Source: Macrostomum hystrix (taxonomy: Eukaryota; Animalia; Platyhelminthes). Taken from it: 64,000 bases of DNA. Location: contig CATNEN010000011.1 of NCBI GenBank assembly GCA_950097015.1, forward strand, positions 2,604,001 through 2,668,000, written 5' to 3'. The notes under the pieces are model-generated. The model was not told the DNA's origin and searched no databases. It saw nothing but the letters and a program-made list of their open reading frames with translations. Position numbers and translations under genes: made by a program. The number at the start of each line of letters is the position of its first letter. Positions within the stretch are counted from its first letter, which is position 1. This document shows, piece by piece, positions 12,804 to 25,182 of this stretch.

Positions 12804-13740
12804 TACGTCATTCAAGTTAAGGTTCAACATTGTCAGATTTTATAGGTGTCACTATAAAAGCTAGCTAACAGAAAATATAGTGAAAAATTTAAAAGAAAAA
12901 GCATATTACACTTGAACTAGGTCTATACAAAATATACGAATATATCCCCAACAAACGAATGCATAACGCGCATTCGCATAGGCTTTGTTTCTATTTATTC
13001 ACGAGAGCACGTGTTTTTTGTAGTGCAACTGAAATAAAGACGTTAATTTCACGCCAAATATATATAACTTACTTAAACAATATTTGTTGCCAATTGTAAC
13101 ATTTTTATTTAAAAGTAGTACTATTTGACACCAGAAAAATTATAATACTTAAAAAATATTGCAATTGTTGTTTAGTTATTATATAAAATTATCGCATCAA
13201 TTCGAAAAGCTCGCATGTAATAAGGACCCTAGAAGAAGACCTCTTCGTCTAGTGGTCCTTGGTAGTAAAATGATTGAAAAGTGCACTCGATTTCAACCCT
13301 TCATATTTTTCTCGCATTGTCTTCTTCTAGTGGTCCTTGCTCTTCACACGCTGCGACAAGTTTTTGCCATAGACAATACAAGAAAAAGGTGACCATATGC
13401 AGTGCATTGAGTGCACTTTGCTGAAAATGAATGTCTTTTGTTGAAATCAAATGCAAGGTTGCCGAATTCGGATGCTGGTCTGACTGGATAAAAATAGATT
13501 GATGAATTTGATAGCAAGCTTGCTGAAATTAAACGATCGGGTTCGTTTGAAATTGTACGTAAAAAGTGTAGTATCCGGAATCCATTTGGTTTTCGACAAA
13601 GTGAAAGTGTTAATATCTGCACTTTCTTGCAATGATTATTCTAAAAATACGCTCGTAGCATCACAGCAAGTCACCGCGAGCTGCTTTGATTATCTATGGT
13701 CTAAAACGTTGGTAGATTTTTTAAAGTAATAATACCTGAC

Positions 13741-14385
13741 ATGAACATGCATGACGCTTTGATGTTTAATGGCGAGATATTTACTCGAAGTGAGAAAAGT
13801 GTATATCACTCCAAAAAGCATGACTTTGAAACATCGTATTTGACTTTGGCTACAGGCGAATTAAAAGCGCCTGAAAAAAATCCTGTCGGTTTCAAAAGTT
13901 TTTTTTACTCTACGGCGGCAAAGAAGTCGCGGTGTACTCTGCTAATGTCCGGGCCGTTAACCCCAGCTCTGTTTATGAACAGTGCATCCAATGCGAGTAC
14001 GATTTTAATTCGCTACCGCCTACTGGAATGCAAAATCAAGCTGGTGGGCGAGGTTGGCGCCGAATGTGTTTTCGTAACGAGCGTCGGTCCCATTGAGGAT
14101 GAAGTGATGGACTTTCGGCTTCGAGTGACAATAGTCGACCATGTGTTCGTCCGATCAGCATTCGATCTAGCCGAACGTGGGGCGACAATTCAACTGGAAG
14201 CATTAGTCCTGCGTTCGACGGGCAAGGCAAGGACTCTGGTGACGAGGATGGCTGGAGAATGCCGACAGAGTCCGAACAATGGCGCTGAAGTCGAACTGCT
14301 TGGCCGACTAACCAAGGTCTACGAAAAAGAGGTCAAGCAGAGAATGTCCGATGCTTACCGAAAATTCTACTTAGGCTCCAATTAA
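13741..14385 (+). CDS. Orphan intronless 214-aa protein
   Basis: Uninterrupted non-repetitive ORF in an AT-rich context, with AATAAA ~30 nt after the stop. No family recognised. Confidence 0.55.
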   Translation: MNMHDALMFNGEIFTRSEKSVYHSKKHDFETSYLTLATGELKAPEKNPVGFKSFFYSTAAKKSRCTLLMSGPLTPALFMNSASNASTILIRYRLLECKIKLVGEVGAECVFVTSVGPIEDEVMDFRLRVTIVDHVFVRSAFDLAERGATIQLEALVLRSTGKARTLVTRMAGECRQSPNNGAEVELLGRLTKVYEKEVKQRMSDAYRKFYLGSN

Positions 14386-15104
14386 GAGGCTGGCCTACCT
14401 TGAAGATAAATATTATAATAAATGTGTGCCTTTTTTACATTAAGCCTAGTTTTGTCCGATTACTGCAGGTCTGTTGCAGAGACAACCAGTTTTATTTGGG
14501 CTATTGTTATAAAAATCTAAAACTCTTTATTTAAAAGTAACTAAACTTTTTTTTGTCTGGCGCATGCAGCTGCCATGAAAACTTTAATACAACGCAGCAA
14601 TATTAAAGATATTAATTGACACTCTGGTCAGGTACATTTGCGTCGTTAACTTATTTTGTAGAAAAAATCGACACTATCGCCCCAAAAGAAGTATATCCAT
14701 TCCCGGGAACTGTGAATATTGCCCTCGATTGTGGGATCAGGAGTCTGGGAATTACGAGATTAACAATAATGGATTGCGGGATTACAGGACCTGGATTCGG
14801 GATTAGAGGTCCCGGATATGTTATTAGAGGTCCTGGATAGGGTATTAGAGGTCCCGGATTGAGGAGGATGAATTGATCGAATTGTAGGAAGCGGAATTAG
14901 GACACTGTCAGTCCTCTGGAATCAGAAAGTCTTGAAGAATAAAATTCTTTATGTTTCCTTAAGACATATGCACGATCATAGCAACCCTCTATTTCCCTTC
15001 TTGATGTGCTTGCCTGTCAAACAACTCATCTACTTGTAAGGAAAGCGGTCATCCCCTTTGATGCGCCTACATGCAATAATAAAAATACTATTTGAAGGAG
15101 GAGC

Positions 15105-15421
15105 GTGGGCAGTAGCACATCATTTAGTGACACTAGACCCGCAGCCAGCGAGGAGGCAATTCTGCCCATTCCGCTGACTCCTGAGCACACACTCACACAG
15201 ATACCGTATGCGCCGTACCATACGCACATACTCATACAGGTGTATACATCTACCTTGATTTACTCATCGTCAGGCAGTGTACACTTTAACGGTGAAGTTG
15301 GATTGCACGCAATGATCCCAATTAGTCTTCTCTCCGCGGCTGCGCTCCGAATGAATGTTGCCTCGTCGCGGAATCTTGCTCAGGGACCTTGGCGCGTTAG
15401 ACCTGTGCACTCAGCGCCCGC
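15105..15421 (-). mobile_element. SINE-like family B copy 2
   Basis: Aligns by eye with 7705-8010 (GACACTAGACCCGCAGCCAGCGAGGAGGCAATT...CAGGGACCTTGG). Confidence 0.65.
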
Positions 15422-15461
15422 ACCTTTATGTGTGTTGTTCATTACTGTTTCGGATTGATTG

Positions 15462-15660
15462 TCGGACGCAGGACTTGAGTGTCGGGGCTTCGATTCTCGA
15501 TTTCACACCTAACTCCGCTTTAACAATTTGTGTCGGCCGTCAGCAACTTGAGTTCACCCAGCGGTAAATGGGTAATAGCATCAAATGGGTAACACGTCGC
15601 GTTGCAGCCTTCAGATACGCCGCACAATGCACATCTGGCCAAATTTGGGCAGGTGAAATC
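15462..15660 (+). mobile_element. Degenerate tRNA/CORE-like SINE, family A
   Basis: Shares GTTCACCCAGC...AAATGGGT and CAGCCTTCAGATACGCCGC...CACATCTGGCC with 56431-56750. Confidence 0.6.
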
Positions 15661-15873
15661 AATTAATATTACAAATACAGTATCTCGTATTAGTCAGCTC
15701 CATAATAGACGAATTGGAAAAAAATCGTTTAACGCATGAAATTAACGAGATGCGTTTTGGCTAGCAGAAAATTATGCGCTCTGCATATTTTCATTCGATT
15801 TATTTCGACACAGCCTTCGAGCTACAGGCATCGACAGTTTCAGCTGCGGCACGAGCGCAGCTTTCGTCGGCTG

Positions 15874-18800
15874 TCACTTCTCCTTCCTGCAAATATAGTA
15901 GTTTGTCGAATAACAGTTGGTGGAATACCACATTCCGCCAAGACTATTGGCGCATTCAACAGTAAGGTTAGTGCTGGGGTTGCCAGCCGACCATGCAGAG
16001 AAAGAGGCAGTGTTGTGACCGTCCATCCACATCCAGCAGAAGGTCTTGCCTGTGCATTTCGGGAATGAAGCCAAATTCAAATTAAACCAGAGCAGTACGT
16101 CTAACTTGTTTGCCACTCGCATTAAGGTCCCTGAGCTCGATAATAAGGCGAGGCGACATTCGTTTGGCTTGTCGTGCAATTTAGATGTACGCCCTTGAGG
16201 GCCAATCTATAAGCTTCTAAATTGCCAGACGATTGGAAAGTCAGGGCAGATGTACACACCCTGGGCGAGTGTGTGTCTGCGTACAGTATCTGAGTGAGTG
16301 TGTAATGCGGCAGAACTGCCTCCTCGCTGGCTGCTTGTCTAGTGTCACCAAATAATATGCCATCGCCTGCCGCTCTCCTGCAGTTCTTAATAGTACGAGT
16401 ATTAAGGAATGATGATGTAAGGCAAGGCGCCCTATAGATGCGCCTACATACTATACATTTAAAGACAAAACTATTTTTATTTTCAGGACGGCTGTGGACA
16501 ATGGCACACTTAAAGCTGTCTAACGCGTTTGCCTCTGCTTAGAAGTCAGCGGAAGATGCAGAAGCGCCTTGTCGCTGATTGGAGTTATACTGTTATAGTG
16601 ACAATAAATGACGTGTCAGTGAACACAGCCCTCATGCAGATATTCTTGCTTTTTGCGTGCCGATTTTTGTGGAGACTAGACTGAAGACGCACTGATACAT
16701 CAAAAAGCTACACAATGACCTCACAAAAAAACCTCATAAAGCTACAAAAACTCAGAATAGAACTCACTCGGGTCAGCAATGCAGGGCCGGACCCTCTCCA
16801 GGCCAATCCAAGCACTTCTGCTGCATCCGAGTGCCAAGTTGAGGGCGATCTGCTCCCGACGGCTTCTCACGCTGGCCACAGTGGCTCCCATGGACTCGCA
16901 GCTCATTTGGGCGTTGAAGTAGTTGGTCGTTTTCACAGACACAAAGAAGCAGCTGTTCTTGATGTCAAACCAGCCAACGGACACTGAAGTGGTTGAAGAA
17001 GAACTGTTTAATTGCACACTTAAGCACCTGAATGCATAGAGAACGTTAAAAGAAAATAGGCACTTGGACGCACCTGAATTGGCCTACGTAGCAGTCCAGG
17101 TTCAGTATTTTTCCTGTCTTTTATTATAGTTGCTGAAAGAAGTTGAATTTTAATGTCTTGCGTTTAAATTACTAATTTCTTGGCACTTCGCTTTTTCTTA
17201 TACAAAACAGTGGAAAGACAACGGGGCCATTTCAAATACTCACAGCCCACTTCACGACAGCTCCCAAACCTAAAGACCGATTTTCGTAAAAGTCCACCAT
17301 CTGAATAAACATTTTCTGCCCTTTACGATGCACTTTCAAAGCCGTCCGACGTCAGCGTCGACAAGATATTCAGCATTATTGTCAAAGACCCTGGTGACAA
17401 GGACAACTAACATTGCTATGTATAAACCGCTTTGGCGAATCCATATCGGGTCAAAAGTGTATAAATAAACATTATAATCAATGCAATATAGTCTACAATA
17501 GTAGCCGACATGAATCCATGATAGTTTTTTGTGAGCTGATACTTTTTTGCCTATTTTATGGCTTTTGCCACCAGACAACCTTCCCGACGAAGAACAGTTG
17601 AATATCTCGACGATGCCGATGTTTTGTGATTCTGGAAGTTGATTCATCGGATAGAGCGTAAAATTGTATCCGATGTTCTGGATTTTCATGGCGATGGTTG
17701 AATATTTTGCGAGATACAGAAAAAATGAAAATGTGGGTATTCGAAAAACCCCATTGTCTTTCTGCTGTTTAAAGCTTAAAAACTCCTATTTGAAATCTAA
17801 AAAATATAGCTGATTAATTTGCACACAATATTTACCCTCACTGCTGCTGTATTGTGGTGCATCGTCTGCAGAGTCCAGCTTGCAGATTCCAGGCAATTGA
17901 TCCCGACAGTACCTTCTGTACCAGTTTTTACGCGCGGACCTCGAGTCAAGATATACACATTCAAGCCCATAAGCAGTCTGATGGTGGTTCACAAATGGTT
18001 CAGTGAAATTCAGTGCCGCATCGTTCCACCAGGAGAATGACCGGCTCATAGAGCTGGTCATCACCAATCCGATCCAAGCATTTGAGCACGTCATTGCAGC
18101 CAGAAGCTTGTTTTCCTCCCAGTCGGAAATGTCGGCCAGATGACCGCCTAATTCCTGACAGGCCTTTTCTGAGCCAAACCAGCCTTCCGGGCTCGTTATC
18201 GAATAGCAAGAGCCATTAAAGTCGAACCACTTATTTCCGCCCGGACACACTGAAAATGACAATTTGAAAACAAATCCCTGCAGAAGTGCATAAGACCGGT
18301 CGTTTCATGTCAAAGTACTCGTAACTAGTCTCCTAACTCAAATCTAACATCTTTCTGCCCAAATCAATCAACTTTTTGCATAGATCTATTAACTTTCTGC
18401 ATAGATCTATCAACTTTCTGCATAGATCTATCAACTTTTTGCTCAAAATCTATCAACTTTCTGCTCAAATCAATTAACTTTCTGCATAAATCTATCAACT
18501 TATTTTTGCTCAAAATCTATGCAACTTTCTACTCAAATCTATCAACTTTCTGTTCAAATCAATCAACTTTCTGCTCAAATCTATCAACTTTCTGCTCAAA
18601 TCTATTAACTTTCTGCTCAAATCTATCAACAACTTTCTGCTCAAATCCATCAACTTTCTGCTCAAATCTATCAACTTTCTGCTCAAAATCCATCAACTTT
18701 CTGCTCAAATCTATCAACTTTCTGCTCAAAATCTATCAAATTTCTGCTCAAATCTATCAAATTTCTGCTCAAATCTATCAACTTTCTGCTCAAATCTATC

Positions 18801-19103
18801 AACTTTCTGCTCAAATCTATCAACAACTTTCTGCTCAAATCCATCAACTTTCTGCTCAAATCTATCAACTTTCTGCTCAAAATCCATCAACTTTCTGCTC
18901 AAATCTATCAACTTTCTGCTCAAAATCTATCAACCTTCTGCTCAAATCTATCAACTTTCTGCTCAAAATCTATCAGCCTATCAAATCAGAATTTCTATCC
19001 TCGAACTCGTGCAACTACAAGACTCACAGTCGCCAGATGCAGTGGCGCAGTTCAGCATGCAGCTGGACAGAACAGCTGCGGATGCCAGGAATCGAAGTAT
19101 CAT
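15874..19103 (-). CDS. Secreted C-type lectin with two CTLDs (paralog 2); probable 1-nt frameshift
   Basis: Exons: 19103-19028 (signal peptide MILRFLASAAVLSSCMLNCATASGD), 18249-17836 (CTLD1 CPGGNKWF..WIGL..CVY..W...C...ICK), micro-exon 17269-17244, 16983-16768 and 16049-15874 (split CTLD2). All boundaries are GT-AG, with AATAAA ~70 nt after the stop. Exon 4 is 216 nt versus 217 nt in the paralog. Confidence 0.85.
16245..16383 (+). mobile_element. SINE-like family B copy 3 (3' part, intronic)
   Basis: Reverse complement of the body of 15105-15250. Confidence 0.55.
17340..17470. repeat. Unclassified dispersed repeat, also at ~59855-59960
   Basis: Both copies contain GCC(G/A)TCCGACGTCAGC...CCTGGTGACAAGGACAACTAACATTGCT. 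Confidence 0.7.
18360..18975. repeat. 21-bp intronic minisatellite (AAATCTATCAACTTTCTGCTC)n
   Basis: Tandem units in intron 1 of lectin paralog 2; source of spurious ORFs 18506-19105, 18683-18880 and 18726-18923. Confidence 0.95.
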
Positions 19104-19920
19104 AATATCCTACTAGCTCGGTTAATTCAATAGACTCTGAAAAGCTGACGATGAATTTGATCCAGGACTACAATGCGAATATTTATAGTCTCGTAAAGAG
19201 GCTGGTTTTTTTGGGGAAATTCCATTAGCACGCTGATAGAGTTCTGGGAATCTAGTCACATTTGATAATGACTAAAAAATTTCAGGAATGCCTTTTCTTA
19301 GCCACAACCTATATCTAAAAGACAGCGTATAACCGCAATTTTATTCCCCCGATATCGGTTAGAAAATGTTGGTTTTTGCTACACCATTTTCTCAAGTTTT
19401 TACACGATCAATGTCGTGCCAAAAATGTTGTGTAAAAATTATGCCGACCGGCATATCAGAGACTTTTATTGTTATTTCGTGTGATAAACTGAAAGAAACT
19501 GCTGAAATAAGGAAAAAATTATGAGCACTTTAGAAGTAAAACTACCAGGGGAATTTCCCCCCGAAAAATTTTGTGCTGCACCCGAACGGAACAATGCAAG
19601 CACACTCAAGAACTCAAGAACATTAACCAAATTTTTGTTGCGCATCTTCTGAAACAAGAATCAAGTCGCCAGCTCTTTAGACCGTCGAGATATTCAATGG
19701 TTCTGGCCGAAGGTCAGATTTTTTCCATAAGCGCTAGTGTATTTCATACACCCCTATACTTTATTAATTGGATAATTACGAGGATGTACAGCAGGTGTCA
19801 TAGTTGCAAGTTACAAAGCCCATGTACAGCTTTTCAGTCCGTGGACTGGAGAGGCTAACACAAAAGCTGATGATGATACTCATTTTATAGATAGATAAAA
19901 TTATTTTACTATGGATCCAC

Positions 19921-19977
19921 CCCAACTGCCAGCCGACAACTGCCAGCCGACAACTGCCAGCCGACAACTGCCAGCCG

Positions 19978-20024
<47 letters not shown>
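19921..20024. repeat. 14-bp repeat (CAACTGCCAGCCGA)x4 followed by (CAA)n
   Basis: Directly visible; (CAA)n reads as a (TTG)n tail on the LINE strand. Confidence 0.9.
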
Positions 20025-20026
<2 letters not shown>

Positions 20027-22312
20027 AATACGCTAGTCCCAAAAGGCAGTGTCGGGCGCCCCGGCGTGCGAGCGAGATGATCTGCCCGTCTGCGCCGCGG
20101 CACGTCAGGTCCGCTGGGATGTCGGCCGGCACGGTCAGCACCTCGGTCTTAAGCGTGTTGATCACTAGGCCGACGCTTGATGCCACACCTGTCAATCTGG
20201 CGCTGGGCACCTTTGACAGTCGAGGACAGGAGGGCGAGGTCGTCGGCGTAGCCAAGCACGCTGAGGCGCTTCTTCTCATCGTGGCGGCGACCGATGCGTC
20301 TGCGCAGCAGGAAGCCGTCTTCAGCCGAGGGGAGCGCAGTCCGGAGCACCCAGTCCAGGAGAAGCACGAAGAGGAACGGGGCCAGCGTGTCACCCTGCAG
20401 CACTCCTGACGAGGTGGCAAACAGGTTGGACAGGCCGTCCGCCGTAACAAAAGCAGCGCGCGTGTCGCGATACAGCCACATGACAGCGTCGACTAGCTGC
20501 TCCGAGACCCGGTAGGCACGAAGGACGAGTGGGAGCGCGGCCCTCGACACCGAGTCAAACGCCTTGCGGAAGTAGACAAACACGACGATCAGCGTTGACT
20601 GGTCGAGAAGAGAAGAGGCGATCGAGAAGCAGTCGGTTGAAAAGCTTTGCGGTGCAGGACATAAGCGAGATCCTGTGGTGATCTTCTTTCCGCGTTGTCC
20701 CGGCCTTCTTCGGAATCGGCAAGATGTGCGCTACGGTCCACTCGGTGGGCGCAGGGGCGCCGGCGAGCACGCGGTTCATGGCGCCTGTGACTTGGGAAGC
20801 CACACAGCGGAGCCGCAGCGCCTCGACCGGAACCTCGTCGGGGCCGAGCGCCTTGCCGCCAGATGCTCTCCGAGCGAACCGCACAACATCCTCCACGGGG
20901 ACTGAGCTGGTGCGAAAATCCTCCTCAGTTGGCAGGGCCGTGTCCGTCGGCAGTGCGAAACTGGGTGGCAGCGGGGGCGAGGGCGCGTTCAGAATGCCGG
21001 CGAAGAAGTCGCGCAATTCATTCCTGCGCTCCTCTGGAGTGTCGCCGGTCAAATTTAGCAACACACGCCTCTTGCGCCTCGTCAGGGTTCGAACGGCCGT
21101 CCACACTGCGCGGCTCCTCACGTCTGGGGCAGCTGCTGTGATTGACTGGATGGCGTCGTCGACTGCGGCCTGCTGCCGCGTGTCCAGAAGACGCGCGAGC
21201 GCCTCCTCAGCGTCACCAGTGGGCCGTCGGGATCTTCGGAGTCGCTCGATCTTACGCCGCGCCTGCCTGATCGTTTGATCGCTCTGCCAGACTGGCTGCG
21301 TTTGCTCCGCCGGTCGCATCAGCGGGACCGTCTTCTCAGCTGCAGTTCTCACGGCAGTGCTGATGTCGGCATACTCCGCCTCGTGCTGGTTTCCAAGCGC
21401 GCTAGCGAAGGCGCCCTCGAATTGGTACTTTACGAGGGGGTCCAACAGGGCACGATAGTAGCGCCGTGGCCGCTGCTTCGGAGGTCGATAGAGCGGGTCG
21501 TTGAGCCGCAGGTCGCAGAGCATGAGTCGGTGGTCAGACCGGAGAGCCAGCGGAGCCATGGTGTCGCAGTTGATGACGCGGCGATGCTCGCGAGCGCGAA
21601 CCAGCACATGATCGAGTTGCGCCAGCCGCCTCGTGGCATTCCACCCACGCGCGTTCCGTCGTCTCCTCTTGCAGCCCGCGAAGGTGACCAGGCGGGCCGA
21701 AGGCTTGCGGAAACGGGTGATAATTGACATCAGGTCCAGCCGTTCTAGCAGGTCCTCCAGCGCATCCGTGTTGGCGTTCTCGCGTCCCGTGACGAAAAGC
21801 GATCGCTCGGATCTAAGTGGAACTGCGATTAGGTCTCCGAGCACCACCAGCGTGTCGCGGTTTGGCACCTCTTCTAGCTGTCCGGCCAGAAACTCGAAAA
21901 AGGCGAGAGCTTCGTCCGGGTGGGCAGCCGTAGGGGCGTACGCGCAGAAGAGCCGGATGCAGCGAGCGCGCGCGCAGGTCAACCCGCAGCAGACGCGGGG
22001 AGAGTGGGGCACAGTGCACGCTCTGCCGAAGGCGCGGTCCGATCAGCACGCCGACGCCGCCCCGTCTACCGACGTGTACAAGAGGCTCCATCCGGCTCCA
22101 AGATTCTCATGTTGAAGGCCTGGCTCAGCCACAATAGAGACCTCCCGCAGCATTATGAAGTCCAGCTGTAGGTCGTGGGCCAGCTGGACGAGCAGAGTGC
22201 GACGCCAGGGGGCCTTCAGGGTCTGGCAGTTCAGCGTGCCGAGCCTGAGGCGACCACCTCGTACGGCTAGGGCCCGATGACGTTGGGCCTCACGGTCCCC
22301 GTGAGGCCTCAC
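20025..22312 (-). mobile_element. Degraded RTE-clade non-LTR retrotransposon (APE + partial RT)
   Basis: APE motifs: LRLGTLNCQTL, AYAPT, VVLGD, QLDHVL, SDH. RT motifs: KALGPDEVP, RISLMS..AKLFNRLL, V(D->Y)FRKAFDSV, GVLQGDTLAPFLF, GYADDLALL, GLVINTLKTE. There are frameshifts, an internal deletion at ~20605 and loss of the RT C-terminus. Confidence 0.9.
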
Positions 22313-22315
22313 TGC

Positions 22316-22530
22316 TAGCCAAAAACTGCTAGCCAACAACTGCTAGCCAACAACTGCTAGCCAACAACTGCTAGCCAACAACTGCTAGCCAACAACTGCT
22401 AGCCAACAACTGCTAGCCAACAACTGCTAGCCAACAACTGCTAGCCAACAACTGCTAGCCAACAACTGCTAGCCAACAACTGCTAGCCAACAACTGCTAG
22501 CCAACAACTGCTAGCCGACAAATGCCAGCC
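22316..22530. repeat. 14-bp minisatellite (ACTGCTAGCCAACA)n
   Basis: About 14 tandem copies; a variant of the array at 19921-19980. Confidence 0.95.
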
Positions 22531-22861
22531 GACAGCCGACAGTGTCGATTATAGAACAAATATATTCTATATGGTAAATTTATTGAATATCCTTCGTTCA
22601 TTGATTTGCAACATTAGCGAAAATGGACCATGTTAAATGGTCACAGCCTTATACGCGTGCTTACGTTTCGAAGAAAAAACGAAAGTCAATTAAATCAAGA
22701 CTTCTGTCCTTAAGTTGTTAAAGTAATATATTTGCAATCCTTTAAACAAAAGGCACTCAGCCATGACTGTTTCTCAGACGGACTTCCCCGAAGGCTAAGT
22801 TTTTTGGTCGAAAATGACGAGCTTACGAGCGCGTACTTTGAAACTCACGCCCAAATGATAA

Positions 22862-25182
22862 CTACTTCTTCATGCAAACAAAAGCGTTCTCGTAGTGGCA
22901 ATTGGTTGTGTACCAACGACCCTGGGTGTACGTGCACTCGACATTCGCGTCCGCTGACGGATGCGCGGGTGCCCAGTCTGCGAAGGAAAGCTCTGTGCCG
23001 TCACTCCACATCCAGCAGTAGGTTCGGCCTATTGATGAATCGACATAATTGTGAAAGCTTGAATTTCTATAGACATCTCGATAATGAATTTCGCATCTGC
23101 GCAGCGAGCGAAAAATTGCATAATAATACTATAATAATAATAACAATTGATTAAATATGCTCCGATTGAATCAGATGTTAATAATAATTGATTACATACT
23201 CGTATGCTCCGATTGAATCAGATGTTAATAATAATTGATTACATATGCTCCGATTGAATCAGATGTTAATAATAATTGATTACATATGCTCCGATTGAAT
23301 CAGATGTGCAGCCGACAGACAGCACAGCCGCAGTTATAATGTGATGTAACTGAAGGCTGCGTACGGCTGTTCAGTCCATGGACTTAGGGGACGCCACACC
23401 CACCTTCAATTACCCCAGCTAATGCTGGTACCCATTTAACAACTGGGTGAACTGAAGCAATGCAGAATTAAGGCCCTTGCTAAGGACACAAATTGTTCAT
23501 TGTAGTCGGGAATCGAACCCCGACCTTTAAGTCGTGAGTCCTTCTCTCCAGAAGATTGGTTCTGTTAAGTAGCTTGTGTTCTGCCCTCACCTCTCTACTT
23601 TTAGACTTGTAAAATTTAATTTTTATTGTCAATAAAATGTAGTAATGCAATAGAAGTACCCAGTAGATAGAAATAACACGTTAAGCTAGTTGGATATCCA
23701 TGATATCTAACTGCTGGTACCTGTTAATAAGACCAAGGACACCTTGAACTTATCTTCCATGGCATGGGCTGAGATTCCCATTCCAAGAAACTCACTTGGC
23801 TCAGATATGCAAGGCCGGACCTTCTCCAGACCAATCCAGACTTTGTTGTTGCAGCTGAGTGCCATTGTAAGCAGCTGATGCTCTCTACGACTGTTCACAG
23901 TGGCCAAAGTGGCTCCCATGGCTTCGCAGCTGATTTGGGCGTTGAAATAGTTGGTCTTTTTCGATGAAACATAGTAGCACTTGCCCTCAATTGGAAGCCA
24001 GCTTTCTGGACACTGAAATGTATAACAATTGTAGGGCTAGAGCTCCTATCGCTACTATTATCACCAATCTAACTCAAACGATGCTAAGGTCAATGACCTA
24101 AGTACTACTCACGGCTTTAAAAAATACATCAGAACTTTAACTTATAACGTACCTTTTGAAATTCAGTTAACTGGTCTTGTTTCGCTAAAATCGAAACAAA
24201 AATGAGCAAATTAGTATTTTTGGTGGTGCATACTCTGGAAGATGAACGATTTCTTATGTAACGCAGCTGACTCACAATTACGCTCAGTCTCACTATCAAG
24301 CTGTCTAGCTGGCAGCTTGCACAGCGGCGGGTACAGTGTCTGGCAGTAGGTGTTGTGCCAGTTACCTGTTGAGCCGGCAAAGTATACACAGTCCGAGTAG
24401 CCGTCATTAGTCGCCCTCAGTGGGGTCGTGTAATTCAACGGATAATCGTTCCACCACGAAAACTTGCGATTCCTGACGTCGGTCTTAACCAAGCCGATCC
24501 AGAAGTTGCGGTTGCATTCGGCTAGAGCTTGAACGAAGTTGTTCTCTGATGGATCGGCGATCGTTGCCAACTCGCCGCCAACTCTTTGGCAGTCCTTCTC
24601 GGAGCCGAACCAGCCTTCGCTAGTGTCGGACAGCGAGTAGCACCAGCCGTTGAAGTAGAACCAACTGGAACCAGCTGGACATCCTAAACCAGGCACACAA
24701 AAACTTGTTTTCGTTGCTGTCACACGTACGGGATCTACATTAATGACTTACTTATAATATTTTATTACACCTGTACGAATCGGGCCAGATGTGCAGTCGG
24801 CTGTACAGCCGCAGCTATTGCGCGGCGTATCTGAAGGCTGCGTACGGCGGTTCAGTCCATGGACTGGGGGGACGCCACACCCACCCTCAATCAATTCCAT
24901 CGCTCAGCAACTCTTAGCAAGCAATGGTTGAGTGTCTTGCTAAAGGACGCAACTTGTTCTAGTGAAGTCGGGAATCGAATCGGTCTATGGAAGGTCACCT
25001 ATAGCTCGTATTTCATTCTCGTCATCAACATCAGGACAGCAAATCGCTTTGCTATAACATACTACTGATGCTCATATGTACGTACAGTACTCACTGGGAT
25101 GCGTATTGCCAGAGACAGACACCGAAAGAAGGCAGACGCAGAAGAGGCTGGTAAGAATGGAAACTCTTCTGACGAAACTCAT
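22862..25182 (-). CDS. Secreted C-type lectin with two CTLDs (paralog 1)
   Basis: Exons: 25182-25095 (signal peptide MSFVRRVSILTSLFCVCLLSVSVSGNTHP), 24683-~24276 (CTLD1), micro-exon 24184-24153, 24012-23796 (CPESWLPIEGKCY..WIGLEKVRPC), 23028-22862 (RTYCWMWSDG..W..AHP..EC..GRWYTTNC...FVCMKK*). Intron phases are consistent and match paralog 2. Confidence 0.9.
23155..23540 (-). mobile_element. SINE family A copy with a 41-bp tandemly repeated tail
   Basis: B-box GGTTCGATTCCC at ~23507-23518 (minus) and a CORE-like segment. The 3' tail 23155-23305 is 3.5 x ATATGCTCCGATTGAATCAGATGTTAATAATAATTGATTAC. Confidence 0.75.
24770..25000 (-). mobile_element. SINE family A copy (intron 1 of lectin paralog 1)
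   Basis: Reverse complement of the 56431-56750 head and tail motifs (CGATTCCCGACT, CAGCCTTCAGATACGCCGC, CTGCACATCTGGCC). Confidence 0.75.

Noticed and set aside
13222-13260. Imperfect hairpin as a Helitron 3' end
   Set aside because: No CTRR terminus at the expected distance and no 5' TC partner identified.
18506-19105. 199-aa STFCSNL ORF and antisense SRKLIDL/FEQKVD ORFs
   Set aside because: A 21-bp minisatellite in lectin intron 1.
19472-19657. Signal-peptide-like ORF MRNKNLVNVLEFLSVLALFRSGAAQ as a lectin first exon
   Set aside because: A better first exon (19103-19028) has a phase-matched gtgagt donor; this ORF has no usable donor and abuts repeat-like sequence.
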